This document shows, piece after piece, positions 1-10,280 of a DNA stretch of 64,000 bases. Positions within the stretch are counted from its first letter, which is position 1; each line of letters begins with the position of its first letter. The position numbers and the translations under genes are program-made. The notes below the pieces were generated by a model. It worked only from the letters and a program-made list of their open reading frames with translations, was not told the origin of the DNA and did no database searches. This stretch comes from an uncultured virus (IMG/VR IMGVR_UViG_3300013103_000007) (lineage: Duplodnaviria; Heunggongvirae; Uroviricota; Caudoviricetes), in the IMG/VR virus record IMGVR_UViG_3300013103_000007; one strand, written 5' to 3'.

Positions 1-36
1 CCTATGCTTCTGTAAAATTTTGAGAACAAATAATAA

Positions 37-960
37 ATGGGTTATTTGTTCTCAAAATTATTTCCGGCGGTTAAAAATATGGATATTGTTAATACTTTTC
101 TAAATGAATATTATAAAGAGGATATAGATTTTGAATATTTATTAAATGAAAGTGGTGTTTTAACAATTTTAATGGAAGGGTCGTTTTTCAATTTGAAAAT
201 TGCTGATATGGCTTCCAAAGTTAAAAATAAAATTAAAACCCCTATTAATAGTTTAAAAACAAAATCTGAACAATTCCAAAAATATATAGGCGATATAGAA
301 AAAAAGATAGAGAAAAAATATAACATACCGATGAATAAAGTTAAAAGCGACATAAAACATTTTTCAAATAAATTGAAATCGCGCGTTGAAAAAGCCTATG
401 ATAAACAAATACCCCCAGATAAATTTGGTAAAGCATTGACTAAGGATATATCAAATGGCATACAAGAAGTTTTTAAAAAATATATGCCCAAGCGTGATTC
501 AAGTTTATTAACGTCAAATGAAAAAGAAATGTTGATTATTCAATATTTCTTTGGTGTAATGTTTCTTAATACAGTTACTTTAATTTTACTATCAGCTATA
601 GCTGGGCCAGCAATTGGCGGCTTGTTAACGTTATGTGTAATAGCACCAATTGTTGAAGAAGGGGCAAAGGCTTTAGTTTTAGGCGAACACGATTGGGCTG
701 AATTTGGGTTGATGTTTGGTATAGCTGAATTTTTTCTATATATGTTAAAAGGCATACCCCTGGTTGCAATGGGCGTTATTAACCCAATTAATTTTATCAT
801 ATATCGTGTATTATTGGTTGGGTTTCATTATTCAACATCTTTAATGCAACAAAAATTTAGAGACCATAATATGACTTTTACAGGTTATTTTATTGCTGTA
901 ATGATACATGCTGGTGTTAATGCATTTGGGATTGTGTACGGCAAAAGTTTATTAACATAA
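37..960 (+). CDS. Membrane protein with PrsW/CPBP-like glutamic intramembrane protease motifs
   Basis: C-terminal half has several hydrophobic segments with APIVEEGAK, FH and HAGVN motifs; soluble N-terminal half. Confidence 0.55.
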   Translation: MGYLFSKLFPAVKNMDIVNTFLNEYYKEDIDFEYLLNESGVLTILMEGSFFNLKIADMASKVKNKIKTPINSLKTKSEQFQKYIGDIEKKIEKKYNIPMNKVKSDIKHFSNKLKSRVEKAYDKQIPPDKFGKALTKDISNGIQEVFKKYMPKRDSSLLTSNEKEMLIIQYFFGVMFLNTVTLILLSAIAGPAIGGLLTLCVIAPIVEEGAKALVLGEHDWAEFGLMFGIAEFFLYMLKGIPLVAMGVINPINFIIYRVLLVGFHYSTSLMQQKFRDHNMTFTGYFIAVMIHAGVNAFGIVYGKSLLT

Positions 961-975
961 TAATATAGCGGAGGA

Positions 976-1227
976 TTGAAAAAAATGAAAACCACGAAAG
1001 ACTTTCAATCACGGTTGTACGAGGAAGAACAAATTGAGAATCTAGACCGAAAATTTGGAAGTGTTAATCGTTATTATCCATTAATCGTGATTGATAAAGA
1101 TGATGAAGAAGTACCAGCTCTTTTTACAAAAAATGAAATTAAGATAGCGATTGAAAGAGCTGAAACAAATCCAGAAGATGTCACCAAAGAAAAAGGCAAA
1201 TCTTTCTGGGAAATTTTATTTGGTTGA
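976..1227 (+). CDS. Hypothetical protein
   Basis: ORF with GGAGG RBS, co-oriented with neighbours. Confidence 0.6.
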   Translation: MKKMKTTKDFQSRLYEEEQIENLDRKFGSVNRYYPLIVIDKDDEEVPALFTKNEIKIAIERAETNPEDVTKEKGKSFWEILFG

Positions 1228-1236
1228 GGTATAAAA

Positions 1237-1584
1237 ATGAAAAAGTTTCTTTTATTTACGTGTGTGTTGATTTGTGGAGTTTTGATTAGCGGGTCTGTAT
1301 TCGCTCGTCCTACTCTGACTTGTGATATTTCGGACCCGGCTATTTCATTTGTGAAAATAAATGGTTTGGGGGATGCCCCTGTTAAAGTCGATGTGGTTGA
1401 AGTCGAGGGGCAAAAAGTATTTGAATATGATATGAGTGAATTGGAACCTGGTTCATATACGGTATTTTTAACACCTGGTAACGATTGGGAGGATGGTGCT
1501 CCTACTGCCCCTTTATCATTCGTACGTCCTCCACGACTATCACAACAGTCCATTCAAAATCTAAGGTTGAATTTCACGAAATAA
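1237..1584 (+). CDS. Secreted/periplasmic hypothetical protein
   Basis: MKK + hydrophobic stretch + VFA signal-peptide-like N-terminus; GAGG RBS. Confidence 0.65.
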   Translation: MKKFLLFTCVLICGVLISGSVFARPTLTCDISDPAISFVKINGLGDAPVKVDVVEVEGQKVFEYDMSELEPGSYTVFLTPGNDWEDGAPTAPLSFVRPPRLSQQSIQNLRLNFTK

Positions 1585-1612
1585 AAAGTTGGTGGACGTA
1601 CAATAAATAATA

Positions 1613-1655
1613 AAAAATGGGTAGGTCATATTTTTTATGTGACCTACCCATTTTT
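1613..1655. terminator. Bidirectional rho-independent terminator
   Basis: AAAAATGGGTAGGTCA...TGACCTACCCATTTTT inverted repeat with A/T tails. Confidence 0.8.
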
Positions 1656-1669
1656 GTGTAAATGATTAT

Positions 1670-1755
1670 GGAGGAATGGCCGAGTGGCTTAAGGCGGCGG
1701 TCTTGAAAATCGTTGAGCGAAAGTTCCGTGGGTTCAAATCCTACTTCCTCCGCCA
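1670..1755 (+). tRNA. tRNA-Ser (TGA)
   Basis: GGAGGAA/TTCCTCC acceptor stem, CTTGAAA anticodon loop, long variable arm, GGTTCAAATCC T-arm, encoded CCA. Confidence 0.93.
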
Positions 1756-1786
1756 TAAATATAATTAATATAAAGGCTATTAAAAA

Positions 1787-2044
1787 ATGAAGTGTAAAAA
1801 TTGTAAAAAAGAATTTCACTATTGCATAAATTGTGATTACGATTTTTTTGCAGACCATGGTTTTTGCTCAGAGAAATGTTTATTAAAATCACCCCAATAT
1901 AAAATAGCAAAAGATTTAGCCCAACAATTTTTTAATAGCTTGACGATAACTCAAAGATCCACTTTGAAAATGTTGTATAATAATATGTATGATTTAATCG
2001 ATCGTTATTTTGAAGGATGGATTAAAGAAATAGATATTAAATAA
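1787..2044 (+). CDS. Small Cys-rich (zinc-binding) hypothetical protein
   Basis: CxxC, CxxC and FCSEKC motifs. Confidence 0.6.
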   Translation: MKCKNCKKEFHYCINCDYDFFADHGFCSEKCLLKSPQYKIAKDLAQQFFNSLTITQRSTLKMLYNNMYDLIDRYFEGWIKEIDIK

Positions 2045-2047
2045 ATG

Positions 2048-2059
2048 CTATATATATTA
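2048..2059 (+). promoter_or_regulatory. Class-II recurrent motif CTATATATATTA
   Basis: Same 12-mer also at 25104, 25911, 27085, 32665 (minus) and 60929 (plus), each intergenic and pointing into the downstream genes. Confidence 0.6.
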
Positions 2060-2234
2060 CCTTGTGATAAGAAATTTTAATTTTCGCATGGTTGGGGGTA
2101 GGAATGAAAATTTTGTGTTTTATGTTATTTGGGATATTTTTAAGTTTGGTTGTATTATACATAACTAAATATGATAATGATGAAAAAAAGGGGCGCTCAA
2201 AAATAGATCTTAATTTCTGGAGGTATAGAAATTA

Positions 2235-2609
2235 ATGTATCCAGAAAAAATTACACCGGCATATTTAAATTCTAATCCAGGTGTTATTTTTGTATTTGGT
2301 GATAATGGTGGGCGGTGGGGAAAAGCCGGCGCCGCAATTTGTCGAGATTGTGAAAATTCATATGGGTTCATAACGAAAATTCATCCTAGCAACACCAATT
2401 CTTCATTTTATAATCCGGAAACATATAAAGAAATATATGAAAGAGAAATTAAAGCATTAACAGAAAAAATAAAATCAAATCCAGATAAATTATTTTTGAT
2501 TTCTAAATTAGGTGGGGGACTGGCTAATAAATATTTTATATACGAAAAGGTAATCCAACCTAATATAAAAAATGATCTAAAGGAGTTTGGTAATATTGTA
2601 TTCTTATAA
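2235..2609 (+). CDS. Conserved phage protein (VFGDN...GKAGAA motif family)
   Basis: IFVFGDN-x-GxxGxAGAA and LGGGLA motifs recalled from a common phage family. Confidence 0.6.
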   Translation: MYPEKITPAYLNSNPGVIFVFGDNGGRWGKAGAAICRDCENSYGFITKIHPSNTNSSFYNPETYKEIYEREIKALTEKIKSNPDKLFLISKLGGGLANKYFIYEKVIQPNIKNDLKEFGNIVFL

Positions 2610-2940
2610 TTCTCAAAATATGCGTAATTATATGGATGGGAGTAATAAAGATACATTTAGGAAATTGAATGTAAAAATATTCTATGGTGACCACCCAACT
2701 GTAGAATCTGAAATAAAGATTTGGTTGAAAGAACAACCAGTTGAGATTGAGGGCATTTTACAATCTCAAAATTTTAATGATGTTGTTATTACAATTTTTT
2801 ATTATGAATTAAAACCTTCACAATTCATCGATGAAGGAATAACAATGTCTGAATTTAGAAAGATTTTTTTAAAGCATATTGAGGATTTTTATGGAATTAA
2901 TCCCCATGATTTAATTGAATCAATTTTAGATAAACAATAA
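2587..2940 (+). CDS. Hypothetical protein (true start may be a downstream ATG)
   Basis: ORF track; ends immediately before tRNA-Gln. Confidence 0.5.
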   Translation: MVILYSYNSQNMRNYMDGSNKDTFRKLNVKIFYGDHPTVESEIKIWLKEQPVEIEGILQSQNFNDVVITIFYYELKPSQFIDEGITMSEFRKIFLKHIEDFYGINPHDLIESILDKQ

Positions 2941-3014
2941 TGGGGTATCGTCCAACGGCAGGACACGAGCTTTTGGAGTTCGCTATCGGGGTTCGAATCC
3001 CTGTACCCCATCCA
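2941..3014 (+). tRNA. tRNA-Gln (TTG)
   Basis: TGGGGTA/TACCCCA acceptor, TTTTGGA anticodon loop, GGTTCGAATCC, CCA end. Confidence 0.92.
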
Positions 3015-3023
3015 AAATTTAAC

Positions 3024-3100
3024 GCCGGTGGCCTTTAGGGACTAGAGAGAATTCAATTTAAGTAGGTTGGATGAGTGGAGATGCTTCTTCCCCACCGGTA
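3024..3100 (+). other. tRNA-sized structured element / degenerate tRNA
   Basis: GCCGGTGG...CCACCGGT closing stem, 77 nt, between two tRNAs; lacks TTC loop and CCA. Confidence 0.35.
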
Positions 3101-3107
3101 TAAATAT

Positions 3108-3183
3108 TGCGGAGTGATGCAGAGGTCAGCAGTTTGGGTTCATAACCCAAAAGTCGTCGGTTCGAATCCGGCCTCCGCTACCA
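3108..3183 (+). tRNA. tRNA-Met (CAT), initiator-like
   Basis: TTCATAA loop, GGG/CCC anticodon stem, unpaired 1:72 position, GGTTCGAATCC, CCA. Confidence 0.92.
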
Positions 3184-3220
3184 TTTTTAAAAATCATATA
3201 CGAATAGGGGTTATAATATT

Positions 3221-4021
3221 GTGAAGCTCAAAACGATAAAGAAAGAAATAGTAAATCATTTCGATAAATTTTGTGAATCCATCACAGATAAAAAAGTCCA
3301 AGCAATGGTTCAACGTAATACGATTCTTGCAGGTGGGAGTATTGCATCGATGTTTCAGCAAGAGTCAGTTAGAGATTTCGACTTTTATTTTCGTAATAAA
3401 GAAACTGTATTAGCGGTATTGGAATATTATTTATATAAGGCTGGTATAAATAATAATATAATTATTAAAAAAACAGATGACCGTATTAAATTGCATATAT
3501 CATCAGCTGGATTAATTAAATTAAAACCTAGAAAAGACGCAAAATTTGCACCAATCGTATTTTCTGATAATGCGATTACACTTACTGATAAAACTCAATT
3601 GATTCTGAGATTTTTTGGTGAACCAGAACAAATTTTGGAAAATTATGATTTTGCCCATGTTACAAATTATTGGACATCATGGGATCAACAAATTGTTACA
3701 AATGAATTAGCACTAACATGTCTTTTAACAAAAGAACTTGTTTATCAAGGTTCTTTATATCCTCTCGCAAGTCTTTTCAGAATACGTAAATTTATCAATC
3801 GTGGTTGGTCTATTACAGCCGGGCATGTTTTGAAAATTGCCCTCCAGATATCAAAATTGGATTTAACAGATTTTGAAGTCTTTCAGGATCAATTAATTGG
3901 TGTTGATGTATCTTATTTTGCATCTATGGTTGAAATCTTAAAGCAAAAATATGATAAAGATGGCTGTATGGATCTTGAATATATAATCGAGCTGGTTGAT
4001 AAATTCCTACACGAAGATTAA
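3221..4021 (+). CDS. Nucleotidyltransferase-like phage protein
   Basis: LAGGSIAS...DFDFYF (GG/S + DxD) pol-beta-superfamily-like motif. Confidence 0.6.
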   Translation: MKLKTIKKEIVNHFDKFCESITDKKVQAMVQRNTILAGGSIASMFQQESVRDFDFYFRNKETVLAVLEYYLYKAGINNNIIIKKTDDRIKLHISSAGLIKLKPRKDAKFAPIVFSDNAITLTDKTQLILRFFGEPEQILENYDFAHVTNYWTSWDQQIVTNELALTCLLTKELVYQGSLYPLASLFRIRKFINRGWSITAGHVLKIALQISKLDLTDFEVFQDQLIGVDVSYFASMVEILKQKYDKDGCMDLEYIIELVDKFLHED

Positions 4022-4095
4022 AACAAACACCCAAAATGTTATAAATTAATTTTTAATGGGTGTAAAACGGTTAAATACATAGAGAGGTAATAGTA

Positions 4096-4374
4096 ATGAC
4101 ACAGCAATTAAAAGACTCTAGAAAAAATGCAGATGTGGGGCGCTATAAAAAGGTAGAGTATGAAGCGGTATTACCCAACGGTTTGACATTTCCATTGGAG
4201 ATGACAATACGTGGTAATACAAGAGGTGGGACAATAAGAAGTGGGGCAACTTCAACTAAATGCGTTCATTGTGGCGATGAAATAAAAGTTGCTGAGCAAT
4301 ACTTTTCTTTGGGGGATGGGCATAATTATTGTCTTGGGTGTGTTAAGTATGAATTGTTGGAGGTACAAGAATGA
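4096..4374 (+). CDS. Zinc-ribbon hypothetical protein
   Basis: CVHC...CLGC; GAGG RBS. Confidence 0.6.
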   Translation: MTQQLKDSRKNADVGRYKKVEYEAVLPNGLTFPLEMTIRGNTRGGTIRSGATSTKCVHCGDEIKVAEQYFSLGDGHNYCLGCVKYELLEVQE

Positions 4375-4883
4375 TTTATTTTACATCTGATTGGCATTTG
4401 GGGGATCAGAGTTTTATCGATCGAGAGATTAGACCATTCAAAGACGTAGATGTAATGGAACAAACAATTCTCGATGGTATAAATATTGAAGTAAAAAAAG
4501 ATGATGTATTATATGTACTTGGTGATGTATCAATTGGTGATGATAATAAACGATTGAAGAATTTTTTATCCCAATTGAATGTTAAACGTAAAAGTTTAAT
4601 AATAGGTAATCATGACACTTTATCTTTAAGTGAATATATTGACGCTGGGTTTGAATCTATTCATTCATCTTTAATATTAGAAAAATATTGCAGGTTTGAA
4701 TTAACTCTGATTCATGATCCTGCTGTAGCTGGGTGTTTTTTAGAGCATAGATTTATTTGTGGACATGTTCATAGGTTATTTCAAAGTATTGGTAATACAA
4801 TAAATGTATCATGTTGTGTGTGGAATTATGCACCAATTTCTATAACCAAGGTAAATGATATATTTACGCAAAATGAAATTTAA
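4371..4883 (+). CDS. Calcineurin-like metallophosphoesterase
   Basis: SDWHLG, LGD, GNHD and GHVH motifs. Confidence 0.9.
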   Translation: MIYFTSDWHLGDQSFIDREIRPFKDVDVMEQTILDGINIEVKKDDVLYVLGDVSIGDDNKRLKNFLSQLNVKRKSLIIGNHDTLSLSEYIDAGFESIHSSLILEKYCRFELTLIHDPAVAGCFLEHRFICGHVHRLFQSIGNTINVSCCVWNYAPISITKVNDIFTQNEI

Positions 4884-5022
4884 ATTCTGGGGAAAAATCC
4901 GGGTGTCCGCCGGATTTTTTTACCAAGATGCCTACTTAAAAGTTTGGAATATATATAAAATAAAGATAGTTTGTTTTTAAGATCACTTCTGATAAACCTT
5001 CATTTTTTGGTGTAAAATGGGG

Positions 5023-5029
5023 GAACATA
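5023..5029 (+). promoter_or_regulatory. Class-I recurrent motif GAACATA (+A/T tract)
   Basis: Also at 8084, 10767, 15386, 25967, 32711, 33431, 44295, 52664, 53657 (+) and 19193 (-), all intergenic. Confidence 0.6.
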
Positions 5030-5063
5030 ATATTGAGATATCCCGCACAAATTAGGAGTAGCA

Positions 5064-6455
5064 ATGAACCAAATTCAATCAGGTTTTTTATGCGCTGGTT
5101 ACGAGACCCTTTCATCTATAATGGATAGTTTTGTAAATGGTTTATACAATCGATATGATAATCATTTCCAAAGAGAAGATATATCTAAATTCAATAACGC
5201 AACTGTTAGCGGATTTTTGCATTCGTTTGGGCAAAATTTCGTTGGTCGAAAAAAGTTTAATAAATTTGTTGAAAAAGAAGCCGAGGTATTCACATCAACT
5301 AGAGCTACTGGGTTTTATGACAATTCAAATTTTTATATTGATTCTGGTGGGTTTCAAGCATCGATTGGAAAAATTAATGAGCATGAGACCGATATTTTAG
5401 TTGAGCTGTATCATCAATTTTTAAATGAACATCACGATTTAATTGATCGTGCGTTTGTTCTCGATTTGCCACCCGGCCCGCTTTGTAAATTATTCAAAAC
5501 CTGGGATGATGTATACAACCAAAACATGAGAACGTATACAATAGCATCCAACCTACCAGACGAAATTCGAGACAAAATGATTTATATTCATCATTTTCGC
5601 ACCCCTATGCAATGGAAAATATTCAATCGTATTTTGCGGGAAGGTGAATTTTTCGACAAGTTTAAACATCATGCAACCGGTGGTATTGTAGCTAACCTAT
5701 CTGGTGATATGCAAACGCCGTGTGTATTATATTGCTTGCCATTAGTTCCGCTTTTGAATGAATGTAAAAAAGCGGGTCGTGATTATTTAAATTTTCATAT
5801 ATTGGGTGGAGCCAATTTTAGAGATATTTTATTTTATGAATTGTTTATGATTCATGTAAAAAAAATACATGGGATTACAATTAATTTCACATATGACAGT
5901 AGTGGATTATTTAAAGGCTTGATGGTTGGGCGTAACATCCATGTTACAGCTGGAAAAAATGTAAAGAAATTGAATCTCAGAACTCACAAATTACAAAACA
6001 GATTTCTTGATCAATATACGAACGAGCAATACTTTTTTAAAATTATGGATGATTTATCAGACAAATATGGATTTAAAAAATTAGAAACTCGGAATATATA
6101 TAGCGAAGAGACTGGAACATTTTTCAACGAGGTTCGGGTATATGCAATGTTGCATATGTTCGATTTTTACTCCCAAATGCAAACGCGATGCCGGGAATTT
6201 GCCAGACAAGCATATGAATTTTATAAAAATGATGATCTTGAAGAATTTAATAATATAATTATTGATATTATTTTAAGTTTCAACGGAGGTAAAAAAACCA
6301 AAAAACAAATAACAAAATCGGTTGTTGTTTGCAATTCGCTTAAAATACTAACAAATTTAGATGAAGACTATTGCGAATATTTAGTTAAATCATTTTTGGC
6401 AAAAGATGAATTCACAAACCTCTCACGGAGGGGCACTGGGGTATTACAGTTTTAA
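5064..6455 (+). CDS. tRNA-guanine transglycosylase (TGT)/DpdA-like protein
   Basis: IDSGGFQ, VLDLP, FHILGG and YDSSG motifs in TGT-fold order. Confidence 0.65.
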   Translation: MNQIQSGFLCAGYETLSSIMDSFVNGLYNRYDNHFQREDISKFNNATVSGFLHSFGQNFVGRKKFNKFVEKEAEVFTSTRATGFYDNSNFYIDSGGFQASIGKINEHETDILVELYHQFLNEHHDLIDRAFVLDLPPGPLCKLFKTWDDVYNQNMRTYTIASNLPDEIRDKMIYIHHFRTPMQWKIFNRILREGEFFDKFKHHATGGIVANLSGDMQTPCVLYCLPLVPLLNECKKAGRDYLNFHILGGANFRDILFYELFMIHVKKIHGITINFTYDSSGLFKGLMVGRNIHVTAGKNVKKLNLRTHKLQNRFLDQYTNEQYFFKIMDDLSDKYGFKKLETRNIYSEETGTFFNEVRVYAMLHMFDFYSQMQTRCREFARQAYEFYKNDDLEEFNNIIIDIILSFNGGKKTKKQITKSVVVCNSLKILTNLDEDYCEYLVKSFLAKDEFTNLSRRGTGVLQF

Positions 6456-6478
6456 AAAGATAACGAGGTTTTTATATT

Positions 6479-8059
6479 ATGCTAAATGTTGTTTTCGTTA
6501 ACACCTGTTTTACACTCCTTTTAAATGAAGGTAATAATATTAAAAGAAGCTCGGGATTATACCGGGATTTAAGAGATATTGTAGATTTTTACAAAACGAA
6601 TTATGATATACCCGTTTCATTATCCAATAATATTGATTGTGTTTTAGAGCTGTGTCGTCTTAGAATGAATAACAAATCTGCTGCTGGCTGTGTAGATAGT
6701 ATAATCCAAAGCAAAAAATACAAGGAAATTGAAAGTTTATTATTGGAGAATTTGAATACCCGTTTGACCGATGAAGAAACTTGTGATTTGGTAACACAAG
6801 TTCGCAATAAAAGAAAATATTCAAAAGCGTTAACAAGTTATAAAACAATTACTGGATTTTTTGAACAACTTGATAGTGGTGCAATGAATTCCATGGATGA
6901 GGCCATTGATAAATATGACTCATTAGTGAAGTTGATGTATACCGATTTGATGGATAGTAATCGGGTAATTGAAATTGAATCTGCAGCAAGTATTGATCCA
7001 TTAAAAGACACGAATACCGGAATAGCTCAAAAAATAAAAACAAAATATTCAAGAAAAAATAGAGTACCCAGTGGTTATTCTCAATATGATGATATTATAT
7101 TGGAGGGTGGTTTTTCAAAATCTAGGGTGTATATTTATGGTGGTTCATCTGGGGCTGGTAAATCAACCCTTATGCTGAATATATGCTATAAATCAGCTTG
7201 TTTGAAATTTAGGCCTGAGTGTTTGAATGAAGAACAATATAAAGTATTTTTATTTATAACACTTGAAGATCAAATTGATGAAAGTTATTTAAAACTTTAT
7301 CAAATGATGTTTAAAAAGACCAAAGATGAAGCATTAACTGAAATTGATGAAGGGCTTGACATCGAAACGATGGTCACCGAAAAATTCAAAGAAAGCAAAT
7401 CAACAATTATTTTTAAATACTTCCCAAATAAATCAATTACACCAATGGATTTAAATTCTGTAATTGATGAAGTCGAAGGAATATATGGAAAAAATGCATT
7501 ACAATTAATGGTTGTTGATTATTTGGATTTATTAAATGCGGATGTTCAAAGAGATGCATTACGATTGGAATTGGGTGATATTGTATTGTCATTAAAGACA
7601 ATATCAATCAATCATTCCATCCCAATATTGGTTCCAACTCAGTTGAATAAAGAAGCATATAATGATAAATTACAAGGACAGCAATTGAATGCTGGGATGA
7701 TTGGTGAATCAATGCAGAAGGTTCATAATGCAGATTATATTTCCCTACAAATTCCGGATGGCAATGATAGCGATCATTTGGTGCATTTTAAAGTTGAGAA
7801 AAATAGAGCTGGTAAAAATCATGTGACGTTTTCATTTAGGGTTGATTTTGCAAGATGTCTTTTTATAAGAGCAACGTTAGCAGATAAACCAGCACAAACA
7901 GTCGAAATGCCCCAATATATGCAGATACCAGCGGTTTCAAATAATGTGAATATACCAGTCATTGGCAAAGCTTCAATGCGAACATTACCCAATCAAACCG
8001 GTTCATTGCCCAAATCAAGTATTACGTTTGATGAAATGGATACTTTGTTTGATAATTGA
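6479..8059 (+). CDS. DnaB-like (T4 gp41-like) replicative helicase
   Basis: Walker A GGSSGAGKST, FITLE, VVDYLDLL, PTQLN, IGES...ADY, KNR. Confidence 0.9.
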   Translation: MLNVVFVNTCFTLLLNEGNNIKRSSGLYRDLRDIVDFYKTNYDIPVSLSNNIDCVLELCRLRMNNKSAAGCVDSIIQSKKYKEIESLLLENLNTRLTDEETCDLVTQVRNKRKYSKALTSYKTITGFFEQLDSGAMNSMDEAIDKYDSLVKLMYTDLMDSNRVIEIESAASIDPLKDTNTGIAQKIKTKYSRKNRVPSGYSQYDDIILEGGFSKSRVYIYGGSSGAGKSTLMLNICYKSACLKFRPECLNEEQYKVFLFITLEDQIDESYLKLYQMMFKKTKDEALTEIDEGLDIETMVTEKFKESKSTIIFKYFPNKSITPMDLNSVIDEVEGIYGKNALQLMVVDYLDLLNADVQRDALRLELGDIVLSLKTISINHSIPILVPTQLNKEAYNDKLQGQQLNAGMIGESMQKVHNADYISLQIPDGNDSDHLVHFKVEKNRAGKNHVTFSFRVDFARCLFIRATLADKPAQTVEMPQYMQIPAVSNNVNIPVIGKASMRTLPNQTGSLPKSSITFDEMDTLFDN

Positions 8060-8282
8060 TAAAAAGATTTGAATAAATAGATAGAACATAAGGTAAAGTT
8101 ATATATCAATTGGATTTTTTATGGTTGATATTCACCGAGGGTTGTTTATATAAATTGAATCAAAGGTTCATAAATAATTTATAAAAAGTTTATTTAAACT
8201 TCAATCCTTATATAATTGTTAATTTTTAAATATCAAACGAAATTGTTATTACAATTTTGCCTTATGTATGGAGGAATGGTAA

Positions 8283-9444
8283 AATGAAAAAAGTAAAATA
8301 TACGGATCTTTTGAAGCAAAGTTTGCAAGAAAGTGCTGATACTTCACAAACATCAGATGTTATTGGCCCGATGCTTGAGCCGATTTTGGGTTTTAATGGT
8401 GATGGTGAATTGAATACCTTTAAATCAGCAAGTAATGTTTTACAGAAATATTACTTTGAGCAAGATGCTGAAAAACCGATTTTGACAAATACCTCAAAAG
8501 ATGATAATGAAAATCAGAAAGAGGCGGATCAGGTTAAGAAGCAGATTGAAAAAGTTATGAAAAGCGATGGTGAATCTGACGACAAAGATATAAATGCTCA
8601 TTTGAAAGAAGATTCTGATTCCATTGAGGAAAATATTCTTAACTTGGAAAATATTCTTCTCGGCGAACAGGAAGATGATAAAACTGCTGATAAAGATAAA
8701 GATGCTGACAAAGATGCTGACAAAGATGCTGACAAAGATGCTGACAAAGATGCTGACAAAGATGCTGACAAAGATAAAGATGCTGGCAAAGATAAAGATG
8801 CTGACAAAGATGCTGAAGATCTCGATGTTGATAAAGCTAAAATTTCTGAAAATGAAAAAATTTCAGCTTTGTTGAAAAGTAGTGATGACCAAGCTTTGTT
8901 TGAATCCCTGAGCAAATTGCTGGGTGAAGATGATGTTCAAGAAATTACTGAGGGTGACAGAATTCGTGATTTGCTAAAAACATCTGCTAAACAAGGTATT
9001 AAGCAAATTTTGGAGTCGGACTCTGATTCAGCTACACAGGATGGCGAAGTCGAATTGGCTGAAAATTCTGTAATGGAATGGCTGATTATGGAAATGGAAG
9101 ATATGGATGATAATTCTGATCTTCTTGGCGAAGGCGCCCCTGTTGGTGGCCCATTGGCAACTGCGGAAGATGATGAAAAAGATGATCTGTCGGAAGGTGC
9201 TGCTGACCTTGATATGGATAGTTTGTCAAAATTGCTTGAGCAAGATGACGATGCCACAGAAAAAGTGGATGCAGAAGTTGATGCTGCTGATGCTGATGAT
9301 GATGCCGGCGAAGATTCTGGTGATGATTTAACCGAAAGTATTGACCTCGAATCATTGTTGGAAGAAGATGATAATTCTGAAGAAAATATCCTAGGCAAAT
9401 TGGATAAAATCAAAAGTATTAGCTCAGACGATCTTCGCGTATAA
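8283..9444 (+). CDS. Highly acidic protein, probable prohead core/scaffold
   Basis: D/E-rich, many L/I-x-E motifs, upstream of portal; ATG 8283 follows GGAGG (ORF track start 8257). Confidence 0.55.
8686..8817 (+). repeat. 12-bp coding tandem repeat GATGCTGACAAA (DADK)n
   Basis: Directly visible tandem copies with GATAAA insertions. Confidence 0.9.
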
Positions 9445-9472
9445 TTTATTTCAATATTTAAAAAAGATCTTT

Positions 9473-9514
9473 AAAAAAAGCCACCTGGACAATTATGTTC
9501 GGGTGGCTTTTTTT
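9473..9514 (+). terminator. Rho-independent terminator
   Basis: AAAAAAAGCCACC...GGTGGCTTTTTTT. Confidence 0.8.
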
Positions 9515-9540
9515 GTTTATATTACGAATTAGGTGAAAAT

Positions 9541-9837
9541 ATGAAATGGGTAAATGTTAAAGCACCTGGGTTGCATTTGTTATTTAACAACAAGATGTTT
9601 AAAACGCCAGCTATTGTACCAATATTTGAAGGCCAATTTGATAAATTTATTTCCATGTTAAAGAAAATGTCTATTACAAATTATACAGTTTCTGACAAAA
9701 ACGACTTCTCTCCGCACGTAAGCACATCCAAAAAAAATATTATAAAACACCCGATACAAACCCCCGAAGATAACATCCAGAATATCGATTTTGAAAAAGC
9801 AGATAATTTAGATGATCTTTTAAATATCATGGAGTAA
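9541..9837 (+). CDS. Hypothetical protein
   Basis: ORF with AGGTG RBS. Confidence 0.6.
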   Translation: MKWVNVKAPGLHLLFNNKMFKTPAIVPIFEGQFDKFISMLKKMSITNYTVSDKNDFSPHVSTSKKNIIKHPIQTPEDNIQNIDFEKADNLDDLLNIME

Positions 9838-9839
9838 TT

Positions 9840-10277
9840 ATGAATAAATATCGAATTCTTATATATCGTGAAGGGTGTGAAAACCCAATAGTTTTAAGTG
9901 AAACAACCGAAGAATCCAAAATAAATCTATCAAACAAATTGGAAAAATTATTTCAAAGTCCGAGAATATGTCAGCTTAATTGTACATCTTCTACATATAT
10001 AGGCAGGCCATCAAAAATAGATGGAATTGAAATATTTCAAGAAGGCGAAGATTATTTAGATTCTGATATTAAAATGGATGGCGATGCAACGGATGCGTCA
10101 GATGTAATTGTTGACGAAGATGTTATGGATGGTACTATTATTAATACAGGTGAAGTTATTTTGGATGAAGATTGCATTGATAATTCGTTGACTATCAGCA
10201 CCGAAGAAATTTTTGGAGAAATGAAAGATGAAACAATTAATATTACAATAAATGCACCTGATAAAGATGGTGTTTAA
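9840..10277 (+). CDS. Hypothetical protein, acidic C-terminus
   Basis: ORF with GGAG RBS, operon spacing. Confidence 0.6.
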   Translation: MNKYRILIYREGCENPIVLSETTEESKINLSNKLEKLFQSPRICQLNCTSSTYIGRPSKIDGIEIFQEGEDYLDSDIKMDGDATDASDVIVDEDVMDGTIINTGEVILDEDCIDNSLTISTEEIFGEMKDETINITINAPDKDGV

Positions 10278-10280
10278 TAA

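Noticed and set aside
1574..1858. Minus-strand 94-aa ORF
   Set aside because: Antisense to tRNA-Ser and a terminator; spurious
8598..9413. Antisense and alternate-frame ORFs (SASL and MLTK repeats) over the acidic gene
   Set aside because: Shadows of the 12-bp coding repeat and biased codon usage
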